Positions 17,751 through 26,285 of a stretch of DNA of 32,000 nucleotides are shown piece by piece (the first letter of the stretch is position 1; each line of letters opens with the position of its first letter). The stretch spans positions 2,130,001-2,162,000 of the forward strand of contig NZ_CP010341.1 of the NCBI RefSeq assembly GCF_000940845.1, in the 5' to 3' direction. The notes beneath the pieces were generated by a model. It saw nothing but the letters and a program-made list of their open reading frames with translations, was not told where the DNA came from and searched no databases. The stretch is from Propionibacterium freudenreichii subsp. freudenreichii (GTDB lineage Bacteria > Actinomycetota > Actinomycetes > Propionibacteriales > Propionibacteriaceae). A program made the position numbers and the translations under genes.

Positions 17751-18860
17751 ATGAAGGAAACCCGCGTGCCAATGAACCACGTGTCACTCAAGAGCAGGAT
17801 CCTCGTCGCCGCCCTGGCAGCCGGCATGCTCGGCCTCAGCGCATGCAGCAGCGAGGGACCCGCCAGTTCCGCGTCCAGCAGCGGCGGACTGTCCGGCGAG
17901 ATCGTCGGCTCGGGAGCAACCTCCCAGGAATCCGCCCAGACCACCTGGCGCTCGGCGTTCACCAAGAAGCAGGCCGGCATCAAGGTCAGCTACAACGGTG
18001 GCGGCTCGGGCAAGGGCGCCAGCGACTTCACCAGCGGCGCCGTGGCCTTCGCCGGCTCCGACGATGCGCTGTCCCTGGACGCCATGAAGGCCGGTTCCTT
18101 CGCCGGCTGCGCCGAATCGTCCAATGCGCTCAACCTGCCGATCTACGTCTCACCGATCGCCATGGTCTACAACGTCGACGGCGTGAAGAACCTCAAGCTG
18201 GACGCGACCACCGCCGCGTCGATCTTCTCGGGCAAGATCACCAAGTGGAATGATCCGGCCATCGCCGCCCTCAACTCCGGCGGGACGCTGCCCGACACCG
18301 CCATCACCGTGGTGCACCGCTCCGACAAGTCGGGCACCACCGAGAACTTCACCGACACGCTGTCGCAGAACGCGTCGAACGTGTGGACCGAGAAGCCCAG
18401 CCAGACCTGGCCCGCCGCCTACTCGGGCGAGTCGGCCGAGGGCACCTCCGGTGTGGTGGCCGCCGTGAAGAACGGCACCGGCACCATCGGCTACGCCGAC
18501 ATGTCGCAGGCCTCCGGACTGTCCGTGGTCTCCTACGGCAAGGACGGCAACTTCGTGCAGCCCACCGGCGACGAGGCCGCCAAGGTGGTCTCCGGCTCGC
18601 CAGCACGCACCGGTGGCCCGGCCAACGACCAGGCGATCGCGCTCGACCGCACCCAGGCCGGCTATCCCTTCGTGCTGGTGAGCTATGCGCTGGTCTGCGA
18701 GCAGTACAAGGACTCCCACACCGCCGAGCTCGTGAAGAGCTATCTGAGCTATGTGGTCAGCTCTGAGGGGCAGGCCGACGCCGAGAAGTCCGCCGGCAGC
18801 GCACCGTTGGCGAGCGCCTTGGCCGGCAAGGTGCAGGGCTCGATCGATTCGATTAAATGA
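17751..18860 (+). CDS. pstS: Phosphate ABC transporter substrate-binding lipoprotein
   Basis: Signal peptide with lipobox LGLSAC, then GSGATSQESAQTTW...YNGGGSGKGASDF...AFAGSDDAL, typical of PstS. The start is ambiguous (ATG 17733, 17751 or 17772). The upstream part of ORF 17436.. overlaps mutT1 and is not coding. Confidence 0.9.
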   Translation: MKETRVPMNHVSLKSRILVAALAAGMLGLSACSSEGPASSASSSGGLSGEIVGSGATSQESAQTTWRSAFTKKQAGIKVSYNGGGSGKGASDFTSGAVAFAGSDDALSLDAMKAGSFAGCAESSNALNLPIYVSPIAMVYNVDGVKNLKLDATTAASIFSGKITKWNDPAIAALNSGGTLPDTAITVVHRSDKSGTTENFTDTLSQNASNVWTEKPSQTWPAAYSGESAEGTSGVVAAVKNGTGTIGYADMSQASGLSVVSYGKDGNFVQPTGDEAAKVVSGSPARTGGPANDQAIALDRTQAGYPFVLVSYALVCEQYKDSHTAELVKSYLSYVVSSEGQADAEKSAGSAPLASALAGKVQGSIDSIK

Positions 18861-19837
18861 GCACGACCACCTCGCTGAGGCAGGCACCCGGTGAACGCCC
18901 GGTGCCTGCCGACGAACTCGCCGCCCTGACCACCCGTGGTCGTCGGGGCGGCGACACGGTGTTCTCCGGACTGTCGAAGGGCGCCGGCCTAGTGATCGTG
19001 GTGATCCTGGCTTCGGTGGCGATCTTCCTCATCTGGCAGGCGCTGCCCGCGTTCACCGGCAAGGCCCTGCCCTTCGGCAACACCCTGAAGTACGTGGGTC
19101 CCTTCCTGTTCGGCACCGTCTACTCGTCGGTGCTGGCGCTGATCTTCGCCGTGCCGCTGGGCATCGGGATCGCCCTGTTCATCGCGCACTATGCCCCGCG
19201 CCAGCTGGCGTCCGGGCTGGGCTATGTGATCGACCTGCTGGCGGCGGTGCCGTCGGTGGTCTACGGCCTGTGGGGCATCAACACCCTTGCCAAGTTCATG
19301 CAGCCGGTGCACCTGTGGCTCACCGAGCACCTGTCGTTCATCCCGCTGTTCAGTGGTCGGGTGTCGGGCACCGGACGCACCATGCTCACTACCGCCGTGG
19401 TGCTGGCCGTGATGGTCCTGCCGATCATCACCGCCATGTGCCGCGAGGTCTTCCTGCAGGTGCCGAAGAACCAGATCGAGGCCTCCCTGGCCCTGGGCGC
19501 CACCCGCTGCGAGATGGTGCGCCAGGTGGTGCTGCCCTATTCGCAGTCGGGCATCATCTCGGCCGCCATGCTGGCCCTGGGACGCGCCCTGGGCGAGACG
19601 ATGGCGGTGGCGATGGTGCTGTCGGGCTCGCGCCTGGTGAACTTCAGCATCGTCACCTCGCAGAACTCGCGCACGATCGCGGCGAACATCGCCTCGACCT
19701 TCCCCGAGGCAAATGCGCTGGAACTCAACCAGCTGATCGCCACCGGGCTGCTGCTTTTCGTGATCACCTTCGCGGTGAACGCCATCTCCCGTTGGGTGAT
19801 CCACCGCCGCGCCGATTTCTCGGGAGCAAACGGATGA
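18857..19837 (+). CDS. pstC: Phosphate ABC transporter permease PstC
   Basis: 326 aa, multi-pass membrane protein with a PstC-type core. ATGA overlap with pstS. Confidence 0.92.
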   Translation: MSTTTSLRQAPGERPVPADELAALTTRGRRGGDTVFSGLSKGAGLVIVVILASVAIFLIWQALPAFTGKALPFGNTLKYVGPFLFGTVYSSVLALIFAVPLGIGIALFIAHYAPRQLASGLGYVIDLLAAVPSVVYGLWGINTLAKFMQPVHLWLTEHLSFIPLFSGRVSGTGRTMLTTAVVLAVMVLPIITAMCREVFLQVPKNQIEASLALGATRCEMVRQVVLPYSQSGIISAAMLALGRALGETMAVAMVLSGSRLVNFSIVTSQNSRTIAANIASTFPEANALELNQLIATGLLLFVITFAVNAISRWVIHRRADFSGANG

Positions 19838-20994
19838 GCACTGACGAATTGATCGAATCCGATCCGACCCACGACGGCACCGGCGACGCGTCCGCCCGCC
19901 GTCTGGGCGCGCGACGGGCCAGCTCGCAACGCGAGAGTGATGCGGTGCAGTTCAGCGATTCGTTGACCGCCGGGCACCTGCCGCCGTTCACGGCCATCGG
20001 CCTGCTGGTGGTGTGCGTCGTGGGCGTGTTCCTGGTGAGCCAGCTGGCCCACAGCTTCTCGGTCCTGTCGTGGGTGGTCATCTCGGTGGTCGCCTACCTG
20101 GTGCTGCACTATGTGGTGTCGCGATCGGTGGAGGGACGCCGCCGCGCCTTCGACCGCTTCGCCCGCGACCTGGTGACGCTGGCCTTCCTGCTGGCCCTGG
20201 TGCCGCTGGTCTCGCTGATCTGGGAGACCGTGTCACAGGGTGCGGCACGGTTCGACTGGCAGTTCTTCACCAAGAGCATGTACGGCGTGATCGGCGGCGA
20301 CGGCGGTGCCGGCCATGCCGTGCAGGGCACCCTCATCGTGACGGCCATCGCCACCCTCATCTCCGTGCCCATCGGCCTGCTGACCGCGGTGTACCTGGTG
20401 GAATACGGCCGCGGCAAGCTCGCCAACGCGATCACGCTGCTCGTGGACGTGATGACCGGCATCCCCTCGATCGTGGCCGGCCTGTTCGCCTATGCGCTGT
20501 TCGTGCTGGTGGTCGGGGTGGCCAATGCCACCATGGGCATCACCGGCGCCGTCGCCCTGTGCGTGCTGATGATCCCCTACATCGTGCGCTCCAGCGAGGA
20601 GATGCTGCAGCTGGTGCCCAGGTCGCTGCGCGAGGCCAGCTATGCGCTGGGCGTGCCGAAGTGGCGCACCATCCTCAAGGTGGTGATCCCCACCGCGCTG
20701 TCGGGCATCGTGTCGGGCATCGTGCTGGGCATCGCCCGTGTGATCGGCGAGACTGCACCGCTGCTCATCACGGCGGGCTTCGTCGACTGGAAGAACCCCG
20801 ACCCTGTGAACGGCGCCATGGCGACGCTGCCGGTGTTCGTGTACAAGCAGTACATGACCCCCGGCGTGCCCCAGGCGCCCTACTATGCGCGCGCCTGGAC
20901 CGGTGCGCTCACCCTCATTCTCATCGTCATGGTGCTCAACCTGCTCGGGCGACTCATCGCCGCCAGGTTTGCGCCCCACACCAGTAGGAAGTGA
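19834..20994 (+). CDS. pstA: Phosphate ABC transporter permease PstA
   Basis: Internal start ATG 19834 overlaps the pstC stop (ATGA). MSTDELIES... is followed by TM segments and a PstA core ([18 protein letters not shown]...[10 protein letters not shown]). Confidence 0.92.
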   Translation: MSTDELIESDPTHDGTGDASARRLGARRASSQRESDAVQFSDSLTAGHLPPFTAIGLLVVCVVGVFLVSQLAHSFSVLSWVVISVVAYLVLHYVVSRSVEGRRRAFDRFARDLVTLAFLLALVPLVSLIWETVSQGAARFDWQFFTKSMYGVIGGDGGAGHAVQGTLIVTAIATLISVPIGLLTAVYLVEYGRGKLANAITLLVDVMTGIPSIVAGLFAYALFVLVVGVANATMGITGAVALCVLMIPYIVRSSEEMLQLVPRSLREASYALGVPKWRTILKVVIPTALSGIVSGIVLGIARVIGETAPLLITAGFVDWKNPDPVNGAMATLPVFVYKQYMTPGVPQAPYYARAWTGALTLILIVMVLNLLGRLIAARFAPHTSRK

Positions 20995-20998
20995 CGTC

Positions 20999-21778
20999 AT
21001 GGCAAAGCGCATCGAATTGAAGAAGCTGAGTATTTTCTACGGCGATTTCAAGGCCGTGGAGGACGTCGACATGATGATCGAGCCGCGTTCGGTGACGGCG
21101 TTCATCGGGCCCTCGGGCTGTGGCAAGTCCACCGTGCTGCGTTCCCTGGACCGCATGCTCGACGTGACGCCCGGGGCCAAGGTCGAGGGCGAGGTGCTGC
21201 TCGACGGCGTCGACCTGTACGGCAAGCACATCGACCCGGTGCGGGTGCGTCGCCAGGTGGGCATGGTGTTCCAGCAGCCCAACCCCTTCCCCACGATGAC
21301 CATCCGCGGCAATGTGCTCGCCGGGCTGGCGCTCAACAAGCGTCGACTGTCGAAGTCGGAGGCCGACGAGGTGGTGGAGACCTCCCTGCGCGGCTCGAAC
21401 CTGTGGGAGGAGGTCAAGGACCGCCTCGATCGCCCGGGCTCAAGCCTGTCGGGCGGCCAGCAGCAGCGCCTGTGCATCGCCCGCGCGATTTCCGTGAAGC
21501 CCGAGGTGTTGCTGATGGACGAGCCCTGCTCGGCCCTCGACCCGATCTCGACGCTGGCGATCGAGGACCTCATCCAGCAGCTGAAGGAGGACTACACGGT
21601 GGTGATCGTCACCCACAACATGCAGCAGGCCGCGCGGGTGAGCGAGCGCACCGGGTTCTTCAACATCGCCGGCACTGGCAAGCCCGGCCACCTCATCGAG
21701 TACAACGACACCGAGACGATCTTCTCCAACCCCGACGAGGCCCAGACCGAGGACTACATCACCGGTCGCTTCGGCTGA
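20999..21778 (+). CDS. pstB: Phosphate ABC transporter ATP-binding protein PstB
   Basis: [20 protein letters not shown].... Walker [10 protein letters not shown], signature LSGGQQQRL, Walker B LLMDEP. AGGAAG lies upstream of ATG 20999. Confidence 0.96.
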   Translation: MAKRIELKKLSIFYGDFKAVEDVDMMIEPRSVTAFIGPSGCGKSTVLRSLDRMLDVTPGAKVEGEVLLDGVDLYGKHIDPVRVRRQVGMVFQQPNPFPTMTIRGNVLAGLALNKRRLSKSEADEVVETSLRGSNLWEEVKDRLDRPGSSLSGGQQQRLCIARAISVKPEVLLMDEPCSALDPISTLAIEDLIQQLKEDYTVVIVTHNMQQAARVSERTGFFNIAGTGKPGHLIEYNDTETIFSNPDEAQTEDYITGRFG

Positions 21779-22210
21779 TCACCGGTCGGTTGGGTGGATG
21801 CCCAGCTCATCCAGCAGGCCGATGACCCTCTTCCGGATCTCATCGCGGATGGGTCGCACCTCGGCGAGCGACAGCCCGGCCGGATCGTCCAGTGCCCAAT
21901 TCACGTAGCGCGTGCCCGGATAGTAGGGGCAGCTGTCCCCACATCCCATGGTGACGACCACATCAGATTCCTGTACTGCGTCAGCAGTGAGCACCTTGGG
22001 ACGAGTCCCCAGCAGGTCGATGCCGATTTCGTCCATGGCGGCCACGACCTGGGAGTTGATCTCGCTGGCCGGCGCAGTTCCTGCGGAACGTACCTCCGCC
22101 CGATCACCCGCCAGGCAGCGCGTCAGCGCCGCAGCCATCTGGGAACGGCCGGCGTTGTGTACGCACACAAACATGATGGACGGCACGCGTCGGGCCCCGG
22201 TGGCCGACAT
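21779..22210 (-). CDS. arsC: Arsenate reductase, LMW-PTP type
   Basis: CX5R(S) loop FVCVHNAGRSQMAAAL, plus TMGCGDSCPYYPG and DDPAG motifs. The start ATG 22210 overlaps the arsR stop (TGATG). The longer ORF up to 22318 overlaps arsR and is unlikely. Confidence 0.85.
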   Translation of the reverse strand: MSATGARRVPSIMFVCVHNAGRSQMAAALTRCLAGDRAEVRSAGTAPASEINSQVVAAMDEIGIDLLGTRPKVLTADAVQESDVVVTMGCGDSCPYYPGTRYVNWALDDPAGLSLAEVRPIRDEIRKRVIGLLDELGIHPTDR

Positions 22211-22605
22211 CAGCAGCAGTCTGTCGCGTCGCAGGTCCCTGGACCAACGGCGCCCAAGCCATCCATGAAGGCGCGCACGGCATCGAGTCCATGCGCAGTC
22301 GCGGTGTAGTGGGCCCACTTGCCCCGCATCTCCCGCGAGATGAGGCCCGCCTTGAGCAGCCGGGTCAGGTGATACGACAGCGTTGGCTGCGTGATCCCGA
22401 GGTCAGCGGGCATGTGGCATACGCACACCGACGAGCAGCAATTGGCGCTGATGTGATGCATCAGGCGCACCCGCACCGGATCAGACAAGGCCTTGAAGAC
22501 CTCCGCCACACGGTCGGCCCGTTCCGCAGACAACGCCTCGCTCGTTGAACGAGGAGTCCCGGTTGCCGTGAGTTCAGTCGCCATGGCCGCCAGACTACCC
22601 GTCAC
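22210..22605 (-). CDS. arsR: ArsR/SmtB-family metalloregulator
   Basis: wHTH segment LSDPVRVRLMHHIS...GITQPTLSYHLTRLLKAGLI. Cys cluster CCSSVCVCH at the usual metalloid site, plus a C-terminal CDATDCC. GTG 22605 or ATG 22584. Confidence 0.85.
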   Translation of the reverse strand: MTGSLAAMATELTATGTPRSTSEALSAERADRVAEVFKALSDPVRVRLMHHISANCCSSVCVCHMPADLGITQPTLSYHLTRLLKAGLISREMRGKWAHYTATAHGLDAVRAFMDGLGAVGPGTCDATDCC

Positions 22606-22619
22606 ATTGACAGTTGTCT

Positions 22620-22642
22620 ATATGAGTGCTTGGGTTTCATAT
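22620..22642. promoter_or_regulatory. Inverted repeat in the arsR/arsD divergent promoter (candidate ArsR operator)
   Basis: ATATGA-N11-TCATAT, in the only AT-rich stretch between the divergent ars genes. Confidence 0.3.
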
Positions 22643-22680
22643 CGGAAGGTTTCTATCTATCCGACCGAAGGATGAACCGG

Positions 22681-23148
22681 ATGATCTCCGTATTTGAAGG
22701 ACCCCTGTGCTGCAACACCGGCGTGTGCGGCACCGACCCTGACCAAGCACTGGTCAACTTCACCGCCGATCTGGACTGGCTGCGTCGCCAGGGCGTCACC
22801 GTGCAGCGGGCCAACCTGGCCCAGGACCCGGCAGCCTTCGCCGGTTCCCCGGTGGCCCGCGCCTTCATGCAGGTGGCCGGGGCCGATGGCCTCCCCCTCG
22901 TGGTGGTCGATGGCGTGGCCGTCTCGACCAATCGCTATCCCTCGCGGGAGGAGCTGGCGGTCTTCGCGGGACTCGCCAGCGCTGCCGGCTGCTGTTCGGG
23001 TGACGCAGCCGGAGCCAATGCCCCGGGGTGCTGCGGCAGCAACAACGATTCGACGGGGCCCAGCACCGAGGGCTCGTCCTGCTGCGGCGGATCTGCCCCG
23101 CAGGCGCTCCCCCTGGAGAACACGTCCGGCTCGGCGGTGCAGCTGTGA
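22681..23148 (+). CDS. arsD: Arsenic metallochaperone ArsD
   Basis: MISVFEGPLCCNTGVCG (the Cys12/13/18-type site), then DLDWLRRQGVTVQRANLAQDP and LPLVVVDGVAVSTNRYPSREEL. AAGGA lies upstream of ATG 22681. ATG 22672 is the alternative start. Confidence 0.85.
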   Translation: MISVFEGPLCCNTGVCGTDPDQALVNFTADLDWLRRQGVTVQRANLAQDPAAFAGSPVARAFMQVAGADGLPLVVVDGVAVSTNRYPSREELAVFAGLASAAGCCSGDAAGANAPGCCGSNNDSTGPSTEGSSCCGGSAPQALPLENTSGSAVQL

Positions 23149-24920
23149 CGCACCTGCTGGAAGAGATGCCCCGCTTCCTGTTCCTCACCGGCAAGGGCGG
23201 CGTGGGTAAGACATCAGTGGCGTGTGCCAGCGCGGTGGCGTTGGCATCGGCCGGCCGGAAGGTGCTCCTCGTGTCCACCGATCCGGCGTCCAATGTTGCG
23301 CAGGTCTTCGGTCAGGAGATCGGCAACCACATCACTGCCATCTCTGCCCTGCCGGGGCTGGATGCGCTCGAGATCGATCCACAGGCAGCTGCGGAGGAGT
23401 ATCGAGCGCGCGCCTTGGCGCCCGTGCGGGACTTTCTTAGTGCCAAGGACCTGGCCTCGGCAACCGAACAACTGTCCGGCTCATGCACCACCGAAATCGC
23501 CGCATTCAATGAGTTCACTGACCTGCTCACCGCTCACGGCCCCGGCGCAGGCTACGACCATGTCGTCTTCGACACCGCGCCCACCGGCCACACCGTGCGC
23601 CTGCTCAAGTTGCCGGGCGAGTGGTCGCAGTTCCTGTCCGACGGTCTGGGCGACCCCTCCTGCCTCGGTCCGATGTCGGGATTGGAGAAGACACGCGACA
23701 GCTATGCGGAAGCCCTGGGCGCGCTGGCCGACCCCGGACGGACCCGGCTGGCCCTGGTGGCACGTGCCCAGGAGAGTTCCCTGCACGAGGCATCCCGCAC
23801 CTTCGACGAGTTGCTCGAGGCGGGGATTGCGGCAACCCACCTGGTGATCAACGGGCTGTTGCCGGGCGCCCACAGCGACGACCCGCTCGCACGATCCATT
23901 TCCCACCAGGAATCCGAGGCCATCGGCTCCGCACCCGCGAGGCTACGTGCACTCGTGACTGACACCCTGGAGTTGCGCCACGGCGACATGGTGGGGGTCG
24001 ACGCTCTACGGATCCTGCTGTCATCGACAGCGCAGACCGAGGACTCCGACGTTGACGTCGACCAGCCCCGCAGACCCTCGGTGGCGGGCCCCCAGCTTTC
24101 GGAACTGATCGCGGAGCTCTCGCAACGCGACCACGGCCTGGTGATGGTGATGGGCAAGGGCGGAGTCGGGAAGACGACCCTTGCCTCTGCCCTCGCCATG
24201 GGCCTTGCGGATCGGGGAAAGGATGTGTTGCTCACCACCACCGATCCTGCCGCACACCTCGACTGGACCATCGCCGGACAGGCACCCTTTGACGTGACCA
24301 GCATTGATCCTGAGGTTGCCACCCGCCACTACCGTGACCATGTGATGGCCACCAAGGGCGCCTCCCTGGACGAACAGGGCCGCGCAAACCTGGCGGAGGA
24401 CCTGCGCTCGCCCTGCACCGAGGAAGTGGCAGTCTTCCAGTCGTTTGCACAGGCTGTCGAACAGTCGGACCACCGCTTTGTCGTGATGGATACCGCGCCC
24501 ACGGGGCACACCCTGCTCCTGATGGACGCCACCGGTTCGTATCACCGTGAGGTGGCCCGCAACAGCCCCGAGCTGGCGTCGACGACGCCCCTGACGCGCC
24601 TACGTGATCCCGGGCACACGGCGGTGATCATTGCCACACTGCCGGAAACCACCCCCGTGTTGGAGGCCAGCGGCCTTCAGGACGACTTGGAGCGGGCAGG
24701 TATTCGTCCCTGGGCCTGGGTGATCAATCGTTCGTTGAGCGCCACGGACACCGAAGACCCCTTCCTGCAACGCCGCATCGAAGCCGAGACCGCGCCGATC
24801 GCCGCAGCGCGAAGCAACTGCCCGCGAACTGCCCAGGTGGCCTATCTCGCGTCACCGCCGGTAGGGCTGGATGCGCTTCGCGCCGTGGCACGGCACACGG
24901 TCGGGAGCATGGCTGGGTAG
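23145..24920 (+). CDS. arsA: Arsenite-stimulated ATPase ArsA (duplicated A1/A2 halves)
   Basis: GTG 23145 overlaps the arsD stop (GTGA). It has two P-loops (GKGGVGKTS, GKGGVGKTT) and two DTAPTGHT signal motifs. The three metalloid-site Cys contexts are conserved: GSCTTEIAAF, PSCLGPMSGLEK and RSPCTEEVAVF. Confidence 0.93.
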   Translation: MTHLLEEMPRFLFLTGKGGVGKTSVACASAVALASAGRKVLLVSTDPASNVAQVFGQEIGNHITAISALPGLDALEIDPQAAAEEYRARALAPVRDFLSAKDLASATEQLSGSCTTEIAAFNEFTDLLTAHGPGAGYDHVVFDTAPTGHTVRLLKLPGEWSQFLSDGLGDPSCLGPMSGLEKTRDSYAEALGALADPGRTRLALVARAQESSLHEASRTFDELLEAGIAATHLVINGLLPGAHSDDPLARSISHQESEAIGSAPARLRALVTDTLELRHGDMVGVDALRILLSSTAQTEDSDVDVDQPRRPSVAGPQLSELIAELSQRDHGLVMVMGKGGVGKTTLASALAMGLADRGKDVLLTTTDPAAHLDWTIAGQAPFDVTSIDPEVATRHYRDHVMATKGASLDEQGRANLAEDLRSPCTEEVAVFQSFAQAVEQSDHRFVVMDTAPTGHTLLLMDATGSYHREVARNSPELASTTPLTRLRDPGHTAVIIATLPETTPVLEASGLQDDLERAGIRPWAWVINRSLSATDTEDPFLQRRIEAETAPIAAARSNCPRTAQVAYLASPPVGLDALRAVARHTVGSMAG

Positions 24921-25002
24921 TCCCATTGGGCCCGGACCGTGGGCTTGCACCTGCTGCTGTGCAGGGGCGAGCCCGTGGTCAGCCCATACAGGGCACCCGG
25001 GC

Positions 25003-26268
25003 TCAGGCGCCGCACTGCCCCAGACCGGCGTCGGCCCTGAGCTGGAGCACCCGGGCGGCCTTCGCCACGGTCTGCTCCGCGAAGTCCGGGTCGGCCGCCA
25101 CGGCGGCCTGCGTGTCGGCAACCATGGCCGGCACGCTCGCCGGGTCGACGTCCAGCGCGAGGTCACCGCCGGCGCGCAGGAACAGGGTGCCGCGCTGGGC
25201 CACCGGATAGTCGGCCAGGGCCACGGCCGCGCCCAGGTCGTCGGAGATGATCACCCGCGAATATCCCAGCTGCTCGCGCAACAGGCCGCTGACCACCCGC
25301 GAGGAGAACGCGGCCGGTCCGGCAGGGTCGATGCGGTCGTAGACCACCGAGCTGACCATCACCGAATCCGCTCCGGCGAGCACATCGGCGAAGGTGTTCA
25401 GTTCGTCGGAATCAGGTGTGGTGACGGCGTCATGGGCCGCGCCGAAATCGGTATTGGCGCTCACATTCCCCAGGCCCGGGAAGTGCTTCACCGCGCCCAC
25501 CACCCCGCCGGCGTGCACGCCGGCCAACACGGCCGTCACATTGGTGGCCACGTCCGCGCGCGTGGCGCCGTAGCCGCGGTCGAGCTGGCCGATCGGTGCG
25601 TTCGCACCGCGATTGGCCCTCGGCACCAGGTCGGCGCTGGGCGCCAGGTTGTAGTGCACCCCGCCGCGGCGCAGCTGGGCCCCCCAGCCGGTCCACCGTT
25701 GGGTCAGGGCGTCGGTGGGGAGGGTGGATTGCTGCCTGGCCGAGGGCATCTGGTCCAGGCCCGGGCCGGTGAGGCGTTGCACCTGGCCGCCCTCCTGGTC
25801 GGTGGCGATCAGCAGCCCGGGACGTGCGGCGCCCAGGGCGTCGGTCAGCTGGCTGGTCGCCTGCAGGCTGCCCGGGTCACCCATCAGGATCACCGAGCCC
25901 ACCGGCTGGTTCGCCAGCTGCCCGGCACCGGCCGCGGGCGTGGTGGCGGTGACCGATCCCATGTAGAGCAGTTCGACGCGCGCCTGCGGGTCCATCGCCC
26001 GCGCGGCATCAAGGCATGCGCGTGGCGGCAGGCTGCTGGCACCCGACGCGGCACTCGCCGACGGGCTCGTCGCGCCCGATGCGTCGTCGCGGGCGGACGT
26101 CGACCCTCCCGCGCCTCCCGGGGAGGCCGAGCAGGCCGTCACCAGGGCAAGCGCCATGCCGAACACCGCGAGCCGGGACGCCCGGCGCAGGCGGGGACGG
26201 TGGGATCGATGGGGATTTCGGGGGGTCACCACAATGCTCTCCACTGTGCTCTCTGCTGTGCTCTCCAC
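25003..26268 (-). CDS. Glycoside hydrolase family 3 lipoprotein (beta-N-acetylhexosaminidase, NagZ/LpqI-like)
   Basis: Lipobox LALVTACS. GH3 motifs ATDQEGGQVQRL and KHFPGLG. The start is uncertain because several GTGs lie in a 12-bp x3 repeat. Confidence 0.85.
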   Translation of the reverse strand: MESTAESTVESIVVTPRNPHRSHRPRLRRASRLAVFGMALALVTACSASPGGAGGSTSARDDASGATSPSASAASGASSLPPRACLDAARAMDPQARVELLYMGSVTATTPAAGAGQLANQPVGSVILMGDPGSLQATSQLTDALGAARPGLLIATDQEGGQVQRLTGPGLDQMPSARQQSTLPTDALTQRWTGWGAQLRRGGVHYNLAPSADLVPRANRGANAPIGQLDRGYGATRADVATNVTAVLAGVHAGGVVGAVKHFPGLGNVSANTDFGAAHDAVTTPDSDELNTFADVLAGADSVMVSSVVYDRIDPAGPAAFSSRVVSGLLREQLGYSRVIISDDLGAAVALADYPVAQRGTLFLRAGGDLALDVDPASVPAMVADTQAAVAADPDFAEQTVAKAARVLQLRADAGLGQCGA

Positions 26269-26285
26269 AGGGGCCGGCAGCCGGC

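Noticed and set aside
22210-22318. Longer ArsC start at 22318 (179 aa).
   Set aside because: The extra 36 codons overlap the arsR 3' end in another frame and are Arg/Trp-rich. The family starts a few residues before the CX5R loop, consistent with ATG 22210.
24921-25002. Terminator between convergent arsA and the GH3 gene.
   Set aside because: Only short imperfect stems are present (TGCAC/GTGCA, and GAGCCCG/CGGGCTC with a 21-nt loop), with no U-tract. This is not enough to call.
26233-26268. 12-bp x3 repeat (AATGCTCTCCAC/TGTGCTCTCTGC/TGTGCTCTCCAC) at the 5' end of the GH3 lipoprotein ORF, encoding ESTAESTVESIV.
   Set aside because: It lies upstream of the signal peptide, where the true start is uncertain (several in-frame GTGs). 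It may not be translated at all, and nothing further distinguishes it.
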